Source: a bacterium (GTDB lineage: Bacteria; RUG730). Taken from it: a stretch of DNA of 64,000 nucleotides. Numbering within the stretch: the first letter of the stretch is position 1; the number at the start of each line of letters is the position of its first letter. The translations under genes were made by a program, and so were the position numbers. Shown here one piece after another: positions 48,798 to 59,345 of this stretch. Below the pieces are notes generated by a model that searched no databases, was not told the origin of the DNA, and saw only the letters and a program-made list of their open reading frames with translations. The DNA is taken from positions 124,001 to 188,000 of the forward strand of contig JAVBNQ010000003.1 of NCBI GenBank assembly GCA_031551405.1, given 5' to 3'.

Positions 48798-49907
48798 ATG
48801 AACGAAATAAATATGACCGACGAATTCAAACAATATCCAGCAGTCATAAAAATAATTGGTGTCGGAGGAGCTGGCGGAAATGCCGTCAATCGAATGGTAT
48901 CTCTAAATGTGAAAGGAGTAGAATTTATTGCTGCAAATACTGACGCTCAGGCACTTCGAAATTCAAAAGCCGGAGTCAAAATACAAATTGGTACGCATTT
49001 AACTCGAGGACTAGGAGTTGGCGGAGACCCGAATTTGGGCAAGCAATCTGCAGAAGAAGATAAAGAAAAATTGCGAGAAGTTCTAGCCGGAGCGGACATG
49101 GTGTTTATCACTGCCGGAATGGGCGGCGGGACCGGCACCGGAGCTGCGCCTGTCATTGCTGAGATTGCAAAAAATCTTGGAATTTTGACTGTCGGTATCG
49201 TTACAAAACCTTTTAATTTTGAAGGAAAAGTTCGAAATAGAAATGCTGAAACCGGAATTTTAAATCTGAGAGATAAAGTCGATACGCTCGTCGTTATTCC
49301 AAACCAAAAATTATTCGATGTAATTGATGAGAATACGTCAGTAGATACTGCCTGGGAAAAGATTGATGATGTTTTGCGCCAATCGATTCAAAGCATTTCC
49401 GACGTAATTACGAGTATCGGAGTCGTAAACGTAGATTTCAACGACGTGAAATCGATAATGCTAAATGCGGGCGACGCTTTGATGGGAATGGGAGAGGCGA
49501 GCGGGGAATCACGAGCACTCAAAGCTGCACAACTCGCTATGAGATCACCGCTTTTGGAAGATGTGTCGATCGACGGAGCAAAAGGAATTTTAGTGAATAT
49601 TTCAGGCAGCAAAGATTTGACGATGCATGAGATTATTGACGCTATGACTTTGATTTCAAACTCTGTTGATAGCGAGGCGAACGTCTTTTTCGGCCAGGTT
49701 TTTGATGAAACGATGGGTGACAAGATAAAAATTACGATTATCGCCACGAATTTTGCGAAACTAAAGAAGGAAGAAACAGACCAATTTCAAAAAGAAAATC
49801 AAAAATTCGAACAGCAAGACTTGTTCGAGCAAAAAGAAAAAAATAGCGCAAAAGTAAATTTGGACGAACCTGCTTACTTGAGAAAAAATAAAAATAAAAA
49901 CGATTGA
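48798..49907 (+). CDS. ftsZ: Cell division protein FtsZ
   Basis: GVGGAGGNAV, GMGGGTGTG, NVDFNDV; C-terminal DEPAYLRK. Confidence 0.99.
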   Translation: MNEINMTDEFKQYPAVIKIIGVGGAGGNAVNRMVSLNVKGVEFIAANTDAQALRNSKAGVKIQIGTHLTRGLGVGGDPNLGKQSAEEDKEKLREVLAGADMVFITAGMGGGTGTGAAPVIAEIAKNLGILTVGIVTKPFNFEGKVRNRNAETGILNLRDKVDTLVVIPNQKLFDVIDENTSVDTAWEKIDDVLRQSIQSISDVITSIGVVNVDFNDVKSIMLNAGDALMGMGEASGESRALKAAQLAMRSPLLEDVSIDGAKGILVNISGSKDLTMHEIIDAMTLISNSVDSEANVFFGQVFDETMGDKIKITIIATNFAKLKKEETDQFQKENQKFEQQDLFEQKEKNSAKVNLDEPAYLRKNKNKND

Positions 49908-49910
49908 AAA

Positions 49911-50645
49911 ATGAGTTGGATAAATCGAGGAAATTATTGCGTTAACAAAGAGCTTTTGGAATTGGGTTTTTCGCATGCTATTTCGACTCGAAAATCAGGC
50001 AACTTGAAAGATCCTAAACTTTACGAAAATTTTCTAAGCTTTCTTTCGAAACAAGAAAGTTTGTTTGAAGATAAAAAGTTAAAAGCAAAAACAGTATTTA
50101 TTGGCGAACAAAAACACACCGACAATTTTTTTGAAATCGTAGAACATGAATTTAACGGTTTAGTAAAAAATAACGACGGGTTCATCTCAAAGTTTAGAGA
50201 TGTCAAGTTTGGAGTTTTTACAGCGGATTGTATGCCGATTTTTGTTGTAAATCCAAAACAAAACGTAGCGGCGCTGTTGCATTCAGGTTGGCGAGGAGTG
50301 GAGCAAAACATAGTCGGAAAATGTTTAGATTTTATGTCTCATAAATATTCTTGCGACCTCGAACAAACTTTTATTGCAATAGGTCCTCACTTGAAATCTT
50401 GTTGTTATGAAGTGGGAGAAGAGTTTAAAAAATTTTTCGAAATCGAAGAAAAAATGATGAATGGCGAGAAAAAAATTTTTTTGGATATGGAAAAAAATCT
50501 AACAAAAATTTTACTAAAGATTGGAATAAAACCTGAAAATATCTTTTCGTCGAATTTTTGTACTGGTTGTAACAATGATTTGTTTTTTTCATATCGCTTT
50601 GACAATAAGACCGACGAGAGAATGTTATCAATTTTGACGACATAA
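49911..50645 (+). CDS. pgeF: Peptidoglycan editing factor PgeF (YfiH)
   Basis: TADCMP, HSGWRG, IGP..CCYEV, CT..FFSYR. Confidence 0.9.
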   Translation: MSWINRGNYCVNKELLELGFSHAISTRKSGNLKDPKLYENFLSFLSKQESLFEDKKLKAKTVFIGEQKHTDNFFEIVEHEFNGLVKNNDGFISKFRDVKFGVFTADCMPIFVVNPKQNVAALLHSGWRGVEQNIVGKCLDFMSHKYSCDLEQTFIAIGPHLKSCCYEVGEEFKKFFEIEEKMMNGEKKIFLDMEKNLTKILLKIGIKPENIFSSNFCTGCNNDLFFSYRFDNKTDERMLSILTT

Positions 50646-50773
50646 ACTCAAAATAAGGCAAAAAAAGCGAAAAATTCACGAGAACGAGAAAATTAAAACA
50701 AGAAGTTAAAAGAAAAACGTTTGAAAGGATTTAAAACTTAGACGAGAGAACTTTAGGAAGGTGCAGAAGAATT

Positions 50774-50910
50774 GGCGGAGGTTAAATAAGAAAACCTTGC
50801 TCGCAACTGTATGAGCGAAATGGAGTGAAGCGAGTTTTGCGAGAAAAAGCTAAGGAAAAGCTCGAAAAACCTACAGCTTTGGAGTTGGTTTTTCGAAAGA
50901 AAAGAACGCC
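50774..50910 (+). repeat. Structured intergenic element (multi-hairpin; REP/MITE-like or ncRNA)
   Basis: Inverted repeats CTCGCAA(50800-06)/TTGCGAG(50837-43), TCGAAAAACC(50862-71)/GGTTTTTCGA(50887-96) and AGGTT/AACCT, closed by GGCG/CGCC. Confidence 0.4.
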
Positions 50911-51073
50911 GCGCACGTGGAAAATGAAAATCTTATCGTGAGGACTGAAAAATAAAAAAGTTTTTTAAAAGTAAAAAACGTGAACATTTTTTTGTATTTT
51001 TGTGAAATTTTCACCGAGTTTTAAATTGTAAAAAATAAAAAAATTAAAAGCTTTTTAAGGGGAAATTTGTGTT

Positions 51074-51649
51074 ATGAAAAAAATAATATTCACTTTAGTT
51101 TTATTTGTCTTCACTTTTTCTTTTCTTCATTCTTATATTGGCTTAGATGACTCTAAAGACGCCATTCAAGCTTCTCAAAATTCAAAAAAAACAACTTCAG
51201 CTTCTTCCAACAAAACTAAGCAACAACCCAAGCAAAAATTAGCAAAAGCCCCGGATTTTGAAGTTAAAGACATCGAAGGGAAAAACTTTAAACTATCTGA
51301 CTTCAAAGGCAAAGTCTTGATTTTAGATTTTTGGGCAACGTGGTGTCCGCCTTGTATCGAGGAAATTCCGGGATTTAATAATCTTTACTCAAGTTATCAA
51401 AAAGACGGTCTCGAAATAATCGGGCTTTCCTTAGATAATGCCGGAGAAAAAGTCGTCAAAGATTTTGTGGCAAAAAATTCTATAAAATACAAAGTTGCAA
51501 TGGGAAATGCAGAAATTGCTGACAATTATGGTGGAATCACCGGAATCCCGACTACATTTATAATAAATAAAAATGGTGAAATAGCTTCAAAACACATCGG
51601 TTTTACGTCTAAAGCTGATTTTGAAAAAGAAATAAAAAAGTTGTTGTAA
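51074..51649 (+). CDS. TlpA/ResA-family thiol-disulfide oxidoreductase (exported)
   Basis: Signal peptide, DFWATWCPPC, GIPTTFII. Confidence 0.92.
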   Translation: MKKIIFTLVLFVFTFSFLHSYIGLDDSKDAIQASQNSKKTTSASSNKTKQQPKQKLAKAPDFEVKDIEGKNFKLSDFKGKVLILDFWATWCPPCIEEIPGFNNLYSSYQKDGLEIIGLSLDNAGEKVVKDFVAKNSIKYKVAMGNAEIADNYGGITGIPTTFIINKNGEIASKHIGFTSKADFEKEIKKLL

Positions 51650-51653
51650 AATA

Positions 51654-52334
51654 ATGCAAAATATTACTTTTTATGCAGCTTTTTTAGCTGGAATTTTAAG
51701 TTTTTTTTCGCCTTGTGTTTTGCCTTTAGCGTTAGTTTATTTGTCTTTGATTACCGGATTTACAGTCGAAGATTTATATAAAAAGCAAAATATTAATAAA
51801 CTTTTCATTTTTTCTCGAATTTTAGCATTTGTAATTGGATTTAGTATTGTTTTTTTGAGTCTGGGAATTTTCGCAAAATATATTTCTTTTTTTCTAATCT
51901 CAAACAAAAAACTTCTAAACACTATTTCTGGTTCAATCTTAATTTTTTTCGGGTTAAACTTACTCGGAATTTTAAAATTTCAGTTTCTGGCTTACGAAAA
52001 AAAAATATCTTTAAACCTAAAAAACAAAGGAAATATTTTTGTGAGTTTTATGCTTGGAATAATTTTTGCTTGCGGCTGGACTCCGTGCATCGGTCCTATT
52101 TTAGGTAGCATTTTAGCGATGGCTTCAAGAGAAGAAAGTTTTCGCAAGTCAGTACTTTTGCTCGTGATTTATTCTTTTGGTTTAAGCTTGCCCTTTATTT
52201 TGCTCGGATTTTTTTATAATCTTTTACTCGAAAACTTGAAACATTTTTATAAATTTTTGCCGGTCATCCAAAAAATCATAGGAATTTTAATATTTACGAT
52301 GGGGATTTTAATTATTTATGGGAAAATTTTTTAG
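51654..52334 (+). CDS. ccdA: CcdA-type membrane electron transporter
   Basis: SFFSPCVLPL and GWTPCIGPIL motifs. Confidence 0.93.
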   Translation: MQNITFYAAFLAGILSFFSPCVLPLALVYLSLITGFTVEDLYKKQNINKLFIFSRILAFVIGFSIVFLSLGIFAKYISFFLISNKKLLNTISGSILIFFGLNLLGILKFQFLAYEKKISLNLKNKGNIFVSFMLGIIFACGWTPCIGPILGSILAMASREESFRKSVLLLVIYSFGLSLPFILLGFFYNLLLENLKHFYKFLPVIQKIIGILIFTMGILIIYGKIF

Positions 52335-53064
52335 ATTTAAGTTTTTATTTTTAATTTTTTGTTGTATTTTGAACGCACAAATTTTTTGTTTAGACGAGGC
52401 CTTGGCTGACAAAATAAAGATCAAAACTTTTGATGAAACTGAAATTGATTGCGTTTTGAGGCTACCATCTAGCGATACAAATTTTTTAGTTATTTTTGTG
52501 AACGATTACTTGCAGCCAAAAGATGAATGGTTCAAACTTGTGGATTTAATGCCTGGTAAATACGGGTTTTTGCTCTATAATTTGCGAAATTTTGAGGATG
52601 TTAAACGCGAAAACCGAAAGCTCGTAAATTCATCCGAAAATTATAATCCAAACTATTTTTTGCAAGATTTGGATCGAATAATCGCATTTCTAGATATAAA
52701 TTACAAAATTAAAGATTCCAACATCATTTTAGTTGGTGCGAAGCTCGGAGCCAATGTCGCAATAAATTGCGCTGCCAGCAAAAAAAAGCTTAAAAGCGTA
52801 GTGCTTATTTCTCCTCGTGAAGAATACAAAAATATTTCGACAAATTATTCTTTAAAAAGTTATGGCGACAGGCCGATTCTGCTTCTCACTTCTGCGAAAG
52901 ATCAGGAATCATATGATACTTGTTTGAATTTTGTGACTTTTTTGTCTAGGAACAAAAATATTTCGCTAAAATTTTATTCTGATAAGCTCGAAGGTACGCA
53001 ATTTTTCTCCAGTAAAGCCGCAACTTCTGATATCTTGCAATTTTTAAAAACTTGTGAGAAATAA
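52318..53064 (+). CDS. Secreted alpha/beta-hydrolase-fold protein (nucleophile Ser absent)
   Basis: Signal-like N-terminus, LVGAKLGANVA elbow, VVLISP, PILLLTS..D. Confidence 0.7.
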   Translation: MGKFFRFKFLFLIFCCILNAQIFCLDEALADKIKIKTFDETEIDCVLRLPSSDTNFLVIFVNDYLQPKDEWFKLVDLMPGKYGFLLYNLRNFEDVKRENRKLVNSSENYNPNYFLQDLDRIIAFLDINYKIKDSNIILVGAKLGANVAINCAASKKKLKSVVLISPREEYKNISTNYSLKSYGDRPILLLTSAKDQESYDTCLNFVTFLSRNKNISLKFYSDKLEGTQFFSSKAATSDILQFLKTCEK

Positions 53065-53118
53065 ACTACAGTTTTAATTAAATCTAGATTCCAAAACAAA
53101 AAAATCTCGGAGCAATTT

Positions 53119-54570
53119 ATGAAATATATTTTTGATTATAAAACTTCGCAAACTAACTATTTTGGTGACGCAAACAAACTGGAAGGTTTCAATATTTCGC
53201 AGAAAATTTTAGTAAAAAATGCGCTAAAAAAAGCTACTGAAAATTCTGATTTACCGCAAATTTCCGAGGTAGATTTGGTTCGGCATTTCACAAATTTATC
53301 GAAAAAAGTTTACGGCGTTGACAATGGAATTTATCCTCTTGGAAGCTGCACGATGAAATACAATCCGAAGATTTCAGAGAAAATTGCGTCGTATCAAGAG
53401 TTCAACAATTTGCATCCATACACAGAAATCGCATCAATGCAGGGCAGTTTAAGAATTACGTTTGAACTCGAAAAAATGCTCGCAGAAATCTCTGGAATGG
53501 ACGCTGTTACGCTCGAGCCTTGTGCAGGAGCTCACGGCGAGTTCACGGGCCTGCTCATCATCGACAAATATCATAAATCTCGAGGCGATTTTAAACGCAA
53601 AAAAGTGATTTTGCCAGACACTGCTCACGGGACAAATCCTGCAACTTGCGCTGTTTTGGGCTTTGAAGTTGAAGAAATAAAAACAGACGAATTTGGAAAC
53701 GTAAATCTTGATATTTTGCGTAACTCTATCGATGAAACGACAGCAGCTTTTATGCTTACAAATCCGAGCACGCTTGGATTTTTCGAGGAAAATATTTTGG
53801 AAATAGCAAAAATCGCTCACGAAAAAGGTGCTCTTCTTTACTACGACGGAGCAAATTTGAACGCGCTTTTGGGACTCGCAAAACCCGGGGAAATGGGTTT
53901 CGACGTGATGCATTTCAATTTGCACAAAACTTTCGCAACTCCACACGGAGCCGGCGGTCCCGGAGCAGGTCCTGTCGGCGTAAAAGATTTTTTAAAGGAA
54001 TTTTTGCCAAACCCAAGAATTAATTTTGACGGCGAGAAATATTTTATCGAGCTAGAAAACGCAAAAAGTATTGGCAGAGTCAGAAGCTTTTTTGGAAATT
54101 TTCAGGTTTTACTTAAAGCCTATATTTATATTTTGATACTCGGAAGCGACGGTCTCAAAAAATCCAGCGAAATCGCGATTTTGAACGCGAATTATCTGCT
54201 TGCAAAAGTAAAGAAAATTTTCGAATATCCTTTTGGCGATAAAACTTGTATGCACGAATTCGTCGTTAGCGCAAAAAATTTGAAAGACGTGAAAGCTGTC
54301 GATATTGCAAAACGCATGCTGGATTTTGGAGTTCATCCTCCGACGATTTATTTTCCGCTTATCGTCGCAGAGTCGATGATGTTTGAGCCAACTGAGACTG
54401 AAAGCAAAGAAAATTTAGACGAACTTGCGAAAATTTTAGAGGTGGTAAAAACTGAAATTGAGATGGACGGTCAAAAATTAAAAAACGCGCCAATTCAAAC
54501 ACCGATCGGAAGGCTAGACGAAGTAAAAGCCGTCAAAAATCCTAAACTTATATTAGAAAAAAATGAATAA
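53119..54570 (+). CDS. gcvPB: Glycine dehydrogenase (decarboxylating) subunit 2
   Basis: [42 protein letters not shown]. Confidence 0.95.
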   Translation: MKYIFDYKTSQTNYFGDANKLEGFNISQKILVKNALKKATENSDLPQISEVDLVRHFTNLSKKVYGVDNGIYPLGSCTMKYNPKISEKIASYQEFNNLHPYTEIASMQGSLRITFELEKMLAEISGMDAVTLEPCAGAHGEFTGLLIIDKYHKSRGDFKRKKVILPDTAHGTNPATCAVLGFEVEEIKTDEFGNVNLDILRNSIDETTAAFMLTNPSTLGFFEENILEIAKIAHEKGALLYYDGANLNALLGLAKPGEMGFDVMHFNLHKTFATPHGAGGPGAGPVGVKDFLKEFLPNPRINFDGEKYFIELENAKSIGRVRSFFGNFQVLLKAYIYILILGSDGLKKSSEIAILNANYLLAKVKKIFEYPFGDKTCMHEFVVSAKNLKDVKAVDIAKRMLDFGVHPPTIYFPLIVAESMMFEPTETESKENLDELAKILEVVKTEIEMDGQKLKNAPIQTPIGRLDEVKAVKNPKLILEKNE

Positions 54571-55789
54571 CACGCCAAAAGCAAACAGAATCCACATCGC
54601 AATTTTTGGAAAAACTAACGTCGGTAAATCTACTTTTCTCAATATGATTTCTGGGCAAGACGTTTCGATTGCGTCGGAAATCCATGGAACTACGACGGAT
54701 GTTGTTGAAAAAACGATGGAAATCTTGCAAATTGGTCCAGTCGTTTTTTTGGATACTGCGGGTTTAGACGATGAATCAGTTTTGGCAAAAGCGAGGATAG
54801 AAAAGACGCAAAAAATTTTTGATTGCGCTGACGTCGGAATTTTGATAGTGGAGTCGAACAATTGGACAGAAAAAGACGACGAAATCTTACGAAAACTCCA
54901 GGCAAAAAATTTGAAAATTTTGATAGCCGTTAGTAAAATTGATGAAAATTTTCCGGCGGAAGATTTCAAAAAAAATCTGGCTTCAAAAGGGGAACAAACT
55001 TTTTATTTCTCAGGCATTGACCAGAAAAACAAACAAAAATATCAATACGAATTTACAAACTTAATTTCTCAAATTTTGCCTAAAGAATCGCTGCAAAATC
55101 CGTCGATTTTAGAAGGAATTGTTTCAAAGAAAGACCTGATCGTTCTCGTGGTTCCGATTGATTCTGAAGCGCCGAAAGGCCGTTTAATTTTGCCGCAAGT
55201 CCAAACTATTCGTGAGCTGCTCGACAAAAACGCGCTGACGTTGATCGTGAAAGAAACCGAATATCCTGAAGTTTTCAGTGTTTTAAAACAAAAACCAAAG
55301 CTCGTGATTTGCGATTCGCAAGTCGTGAAAGAAATTGCAAAAAACACACCAAACGAAATTTTTATGACTACGTTTTCAGTGCTTTTTGCGAGGCAAAAAG
55401 GTGATTTTGCGGAATTGGTAAAAGGCGCAGATTCTATCGATAATTTGCAAAATGATGATAAAATTTTGATTGCCGAAGCTTGCAGTCACAATGTTCTCGA
55501 CGGAGACATCGGTCGCGTAATAATTCCGAATTTTCTCAAAAAATACACGCAAAAAGATTTAATTTTCGAGGTTTCTTCGGGAAAAGATTATCCCGAAAAT
55601 TTACAGGATTACAAGCTCGCGATTCACTGCGGCGGCTGCATGATAAATCGAACTTTCATGCTTTCACGGATCGATTACGCAAAAAACGCAAAAATTCCGA
55701 TCACAAATTATGGTTTAGCGATATCAAAATGCCAAGGCGTTTTTGAGCGCGTAATTAAGCCATTTTTAAACGAAAAAAATGAAAGCTAA
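54563..55789 (+). CDS. hydF: [FeFe]-hydrogenase maturation GTPase HydF
   Basis: [38 protein letters not shown] cluster ligands. Confidence 0.96.
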   Translation: MNNTPKANRIHIAIFGKTNVGKSTFLNMISGQDVSIASEIHGTTTDVVEKTMEILQIGPVVFLDTAGLDDESVLAKARIEKTQKIFDCADVGILIVESNNWTEKDDEILRKLQAKNLKILIAVSKIDENFPAEDFKKNLASKGEQTFYFSGIDQKNKQKYQYEFTNLISQILPKESLQNPSILEGIVSKKDLIVLVVPIDSEAPKGRLILPQVQTIRELLDKNALTLIVKETEYPEVFSVLKQKPKLVICDSQVVKEIAKNTPNEIFMTTFSVLFARQKGDFAELVKGADSIDNLQNDDKILIAEACSHNVLDGDIGRVIIPNFLKKYTQKDLIFEVSSGKDYPENLQDYKLAIHCGGCMINRTFMLSRIDYAKNAKIPITNYGLAISKCQGVFERVIKPFLNEKNES

Positions 55790-58625
55790 GCAAATCTATT
55801 TGGGCAATTACAAAACCGGGAAAACGCGTAAATTAATTGAAATTTATTTAGATCTCGTTATAAACAAGTCGGTAACTCCAGAAAAAATTTTGTTCTTTTG
55901 TACCAATGAAAATAGCCTTCAAAATATAATTTTAGAAGAACTTTTAAAGTCCGGAATAAAAGGTTTTCAGGAAATCTGGATCACAAATTATTTTGCGTTT
56001 TGCAAAAAAATTTTACTCGAGAGCCTTGACAAAAAATTTGAAGTAATATCCGGATTTGAACAAAAATTTGTACTAAAAAAAGTTTTGGATGACACAAAAA
56101 ATTCTGGCTTTGACTTTGAACAAAACATAGAAAAACTAAAATATTCGAACACTTTTTTGAAAGATTGTCTCAATTTTATAGATTCTGTCAAATTAAATTA
56201 TTTTGAATTTCCCGTCATTAAGTCCGAGAATTTGCAAAACTCCGATTTTTTTAAGATTTTAAAAATTTACCAGTCAAAACTCGAGGAATTAAATTTTTTA
56301 GATTACAGGGATTTGGCTATAAAAACTATCGAATTTTTGCGCGAAAATCCAAGCATTTTGAAATTTTATTTGGACAAATTCGAGTACATTTTTATCGATG
56401 ATCTCGAGGAAATTACAAGTTTAGATTTTGAACTTTTAAAATTATTTTGCAACGCACAAAATGCTAAAGTAAAAATTTTTGCTGCTCTGAATGAAAACGC
56501 ATCTATTTTTGGCTTTCGAGGCGCTAATCCGAAAAAATATGTGAGCAAATTTATCGAGGAATTTAAATTCGAACGAAATTTCCTTGAAACGCCAGAAAAT
56601 AAAAACGTACAATTTGAATATAAAAATTTTGTTTCAGAACGCGACGAAATATCGTGGATTGCTCAAAAAATTAGAGATTTGATAGTTTGCGAAAATTACG
56701 AGCCTCGTGAAATCGGAATTATCAGACGAAATCTCAAAAATAGCTCGAAATTGTACCGAGAAATTTTTGATGAACAAAAAATTCCGTTTTACATAAAAGG
56801 AACCGGCGGAATTTTCACGAATCCGCAGATTATAAACCTAATTTTGTATCTTAAAATTTTGAATGAAATTTTTGAAAATAACGATGGAAGCAAACAGTTT
56901 TTTAATTTTGATTTGGCTTATGAAAACTTTGTGAAAATTTTGACGTTTGAGTCAAAAAACAAAGCGAAAATTCATAAATTTTTTTACGATTTTAAGAAAA
57001 AATTTACGCATTTTACGCGTTTGGCTAACCTTGTAGAAACTTTTAAAAATCTGTCTGAAAACAAAAATAACGACGAGATTTCGATCGTTTTAATAAAATT
57101 TTTTGAGATTGCGGATTTTTACAAAACGCAGAAATCCGATGAGAAATTTGATTTAAAAAATTTAATTTACGCGATTGCAAAAAAATATGATTTGCTAAAT
57201 TTTGAAAATCCGAACATCGAGGAATTAAGTTTATTTTTGAAAGTCATCGGTGATTTCAAAAAAATTTTTTTGCGGCTTTATTCGAAAAATTTGAATTTGA
57301 AAAATTTTGTCGAGTATTATGACGAAATATTAGAGGCTTATACTTTTGAGACTGCGTTAAAAAATTCCGAACAAAATGTAGTTAAAATTTCGACAATTCA
57401 AGATTTGAAAGGCGAGTTTGAGATCAGAAAAATAATATTTTTCGCCGGATGTTCGGAAAATATTATTCCAGAAATTTTTTCTCAGCCAAAATTTTTTGAC
57501 TCGCAAACCTTACAAAAAATCGGGATTGAACTTGAGGCTGATTACGAAAAATTTTACTCAGACGAAAAAAATTTGTTTGATTTTGCGATTTCTCGAGCTG
57601 ACGAAAAATGTTTCGTCTCTCATGCTGACAATACTTCCGACGCTAGAAGTTTGAGTCCAAGCGCGCTCCTTCGAAATCTAGATTTTGGCAGAGATATTTT
57701 TGCAGACTCAAAACATGAAATAGTTGATGAACTTCTCAATTTTTCAAAAAAAAATCTCGAAGCAAACAACTTCAAAAAATCTAGTCTCGACAAAAAATAT
57801 CTAAAAGAACTTTTGAAAAATTTTGTATTCTCGAAAAGCAGCCTCGAAATTTACAAAAAATGTAAGTTTAAATTTTTTCTTTCGTATCTTTTGCGAATAA
57901 AAATTCAGGAAAATCAATTTAATTTTGGGCTGATTGTCCATGAGATTTTGCATAAATTTCACACGATTTATCGAGATTTTTCAAGCCTAAATAATCAGTC
58001 AAGAAATACTAATTTGAACAAAATCATTGACGAAACCTTGAAAAAAAATCAAAATATGTTCGATTGCGAGGGCGAAAAGGTTTGGCTAAAAAACAAAATC
58101 GAAAATTTGTTGCAGGATTATCTTGACGATGTTGCAAATTATGAGCCTTGGAAAATAATCGAGCTAGAAAAAACTTACGAAAAAACAATCAATGGCGTTA
58201 ATTTTAAAGGTAAAATCGATAGAATCGACAAAGTTTTGGATGAATATTTTGAGCTTTTGGATTACAAAACTGGAGAACACAAATTCACAGGAAAATCCAA
58301 AGGAAAATTGACTCTACTTGAAAAAATCGAAACCGTAGAAGAACTGCAATTTTTGATTTATTATTTGCTTTTGCAAGATGAATTTGACGAAAAATTAGAA
58401 AAATTTTCTTATATTTGGCTAGAAAAAAAGACCGGAAATAGCAAAAAATTCAGCATAAACATTAAAGATCTGGAAACTCTTGAATCATTCAAAATTGCTG
58501 AAAAAAATCTTTTTAGCTGGATTCAAAAAATCCAAAACGATGAACTCTGGGAAATTGAAAATTTTAATGAATGCAGAAGTTGCAACTTTGGATTCATTTG
58601 TCGAGGAAGCCAAGATACATTTTGA
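55779..58625 (+). CDS. AddB/AdnA-like subunit: degenerate UvrD-like motor plus PD-(D/E)XK nuclease with Fe-S Cys staple
   Basis: GNYKTGKT, IFIDDLEE, SIFGFRGA; YKKCKF, KGKIDRID, LDYKTG; C-terminal CRSC..IC. Confidence 0.8.
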   Translation: MKAKQIYLGNYKTGKTRKLIEIYLDLVINKSVTPEKILFFCTNENSLQNIILEELLKSGIKGFQEIWITNYFAFCKKILLESLDKKFEVISGFEQKFVLKKVLDDTKNSGFDFEQNIEKLKYSNTFLKDCLNFIDSVKLNYFEFPVIKSENLQNSDFFKILKIYQSKLEELNFLDYRDLAIKTIEFLRENPSILKFYLDKFEYIFIDDLEEITSLDFELLKLFCNAQNAKVKIFAALNENASIFGFRGANPKKYVSKFIEEFKFERNFLETPENKNVQFEYKNFVSERDEISWIAQKIRDLIVCENYEPREIGIIRRNLKNSSKLYREIFDEQKIPFYIKGTGGIFTNPQIINLILYLKILNEIFENNDGSKQFFNFDLAYENFVKILTFESKNKAKIHKFFYDFKKKFTHFTRLANLVETFKNLSENKNNDEISIVLIKFFEIADFYKTQKSDEKFDLKNLIYAIAKKYDLLNFENPNIEELSLFLKVIGDFKKIFLRLYSKNLNLKNFVEYYDEILEAYTFETALKNSEQNVVKISTIQDLKGEFEIRKIIFFAGCSENIIPEIFSQPKFFDSQTLQKIGIELEADYEKFYSDEKNLFDFAISRADEKCFVSHADNTSDARSLSPSALLRNLDFGRDIFADSKHEIVDELLNFSKKNLEANNFKKSSLDKKYLKELLKNFVFSKSSLEIYKKCKFKFFLSYLLRIKIQENQFNFGLIVHEILHKFHTIYRDFSSLNNQSRNTNLNKIIDETLKKNQNMFDCEGEKVWLKNKIENLLQDYLDDVANYEPWKIIELEKTYEKTINGVNFKGKIDRIDKVLDEYFELLDYKTGEHKFTGKSKGKLTLLEKIETVEELQFLIYYLLLQDEFDEKLEKFSYIWLEKKTGNSKKFSINIKDLETLESFKIAEKNLFSWIQKIQNDELWEIENFNECRSCNFGFICRGSQDTF

Positions 58626-58632
58626 TTAAAAT

Positions 58633-58706
58633 GCGCTCGTAGCTCAGCTGGATAGAGCAACTGACTACGAATCAGTAGGTCGTGCGTTCGAATCGCGCCG
58701 AGCGCG
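58633..58706 (+). tRNA. tRNA-Arg (anticodon ACG), CCA not encoded
   Basis: GCGCTCG/CGAGCGC acceptor stem, GCTC D-arm, ACTGA-CTACGAA-TCAGT anticodon arm, GTGCG-TTCGAAT-CGCGC T-arm. Confidence 0.97.
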
Positions 58707-58781
58707 TTTTTTTTGTATAAATTGTTTCGAATTACTCCCACACCACCTATATTTTCCTTATTAAAAAAATGCGAGGGGTTT

Positions 58782-59345
58782 ATGGATACACACAACGCTA
58801 TCAACGTGAATATTTACGACGGATTTCCCAAAAAAGAAATATCTTTTATTGATTTATCCCCAAGTTTGGCAGATGGGAAATTGCTGTTGGAAATAATCGA
58901 AAAAATGTCTGCTAATATCCCTGATGACATAGATTTTATAATAAGTCCGGAATCTCGAGGATTTATTTTCGGAGTTCCGGTAGCTGCTACAAAAAAAGTT
59001 GGTTTTTTATCTGTGCGAAAATCTGGCAAATATCCGCAAACCGAAGTAAGTAAAGTCATGTACAAAACAGAATATTCTGAAGATGTATTGGAAGTGATTA
59101 CGCAAGATTTGCATTGTAAAAAATTATGGTTTGTCGACGATATTTTTGCAACCGGCGGCACGTATCGCGCTATAAACGAATTGGTTACCAAATTAGGAGG
59201 AACGATTTTAGGTGGATCTATCGTGTACGATATCGAAATAAATAATCCTCCTGAAAATTTTTATTTTGCGTATAATAAAAATCATTTAAATATAATTAAG
59301 AGAGTAAACATAAATGAAAAACTTCAAAATATTAGTTGCAACTGA
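58782..59345 (+). CDS. apt: Adenine phosphoribosyltransferase-like type I PRTase
   Basis: GFPKKEISFIDLSP, PESRGFIFG, VRKSGK, YKTEYS, FVDDIFATGGT. Start at ATG 58782 behind GAGGGG. Confidence 0.8.
   Translation: MDTHNAINVNIYDGFPKKEISFIDLSPSLADGKLLLEIIEKMSANIPDDIDFIISPESRGFIFGVPVAATKKVGFLSVRKSGKYPQTEVSKVMYKTEYSEDVLEVITQDLHCKKLWFVDDIFATGGTYRAINELVTKLGGTILGGSIVYDIEINNPPENFYFAYNKNHLNIIKRVNINEKLQNISCN

Noticed and set aside
51000-51016. TTGTGAAATTTTCAC as a Rex operator
   Set aside because: Spacing is one base short of the 18-bp Rex box and the right arm is incomplete; it could be chance in AT-rich DNA
58523-58804. 93-aa minus-strand ORF
   Set aside because: It is the antisense reading of tRNA-Arg and the flanking genes
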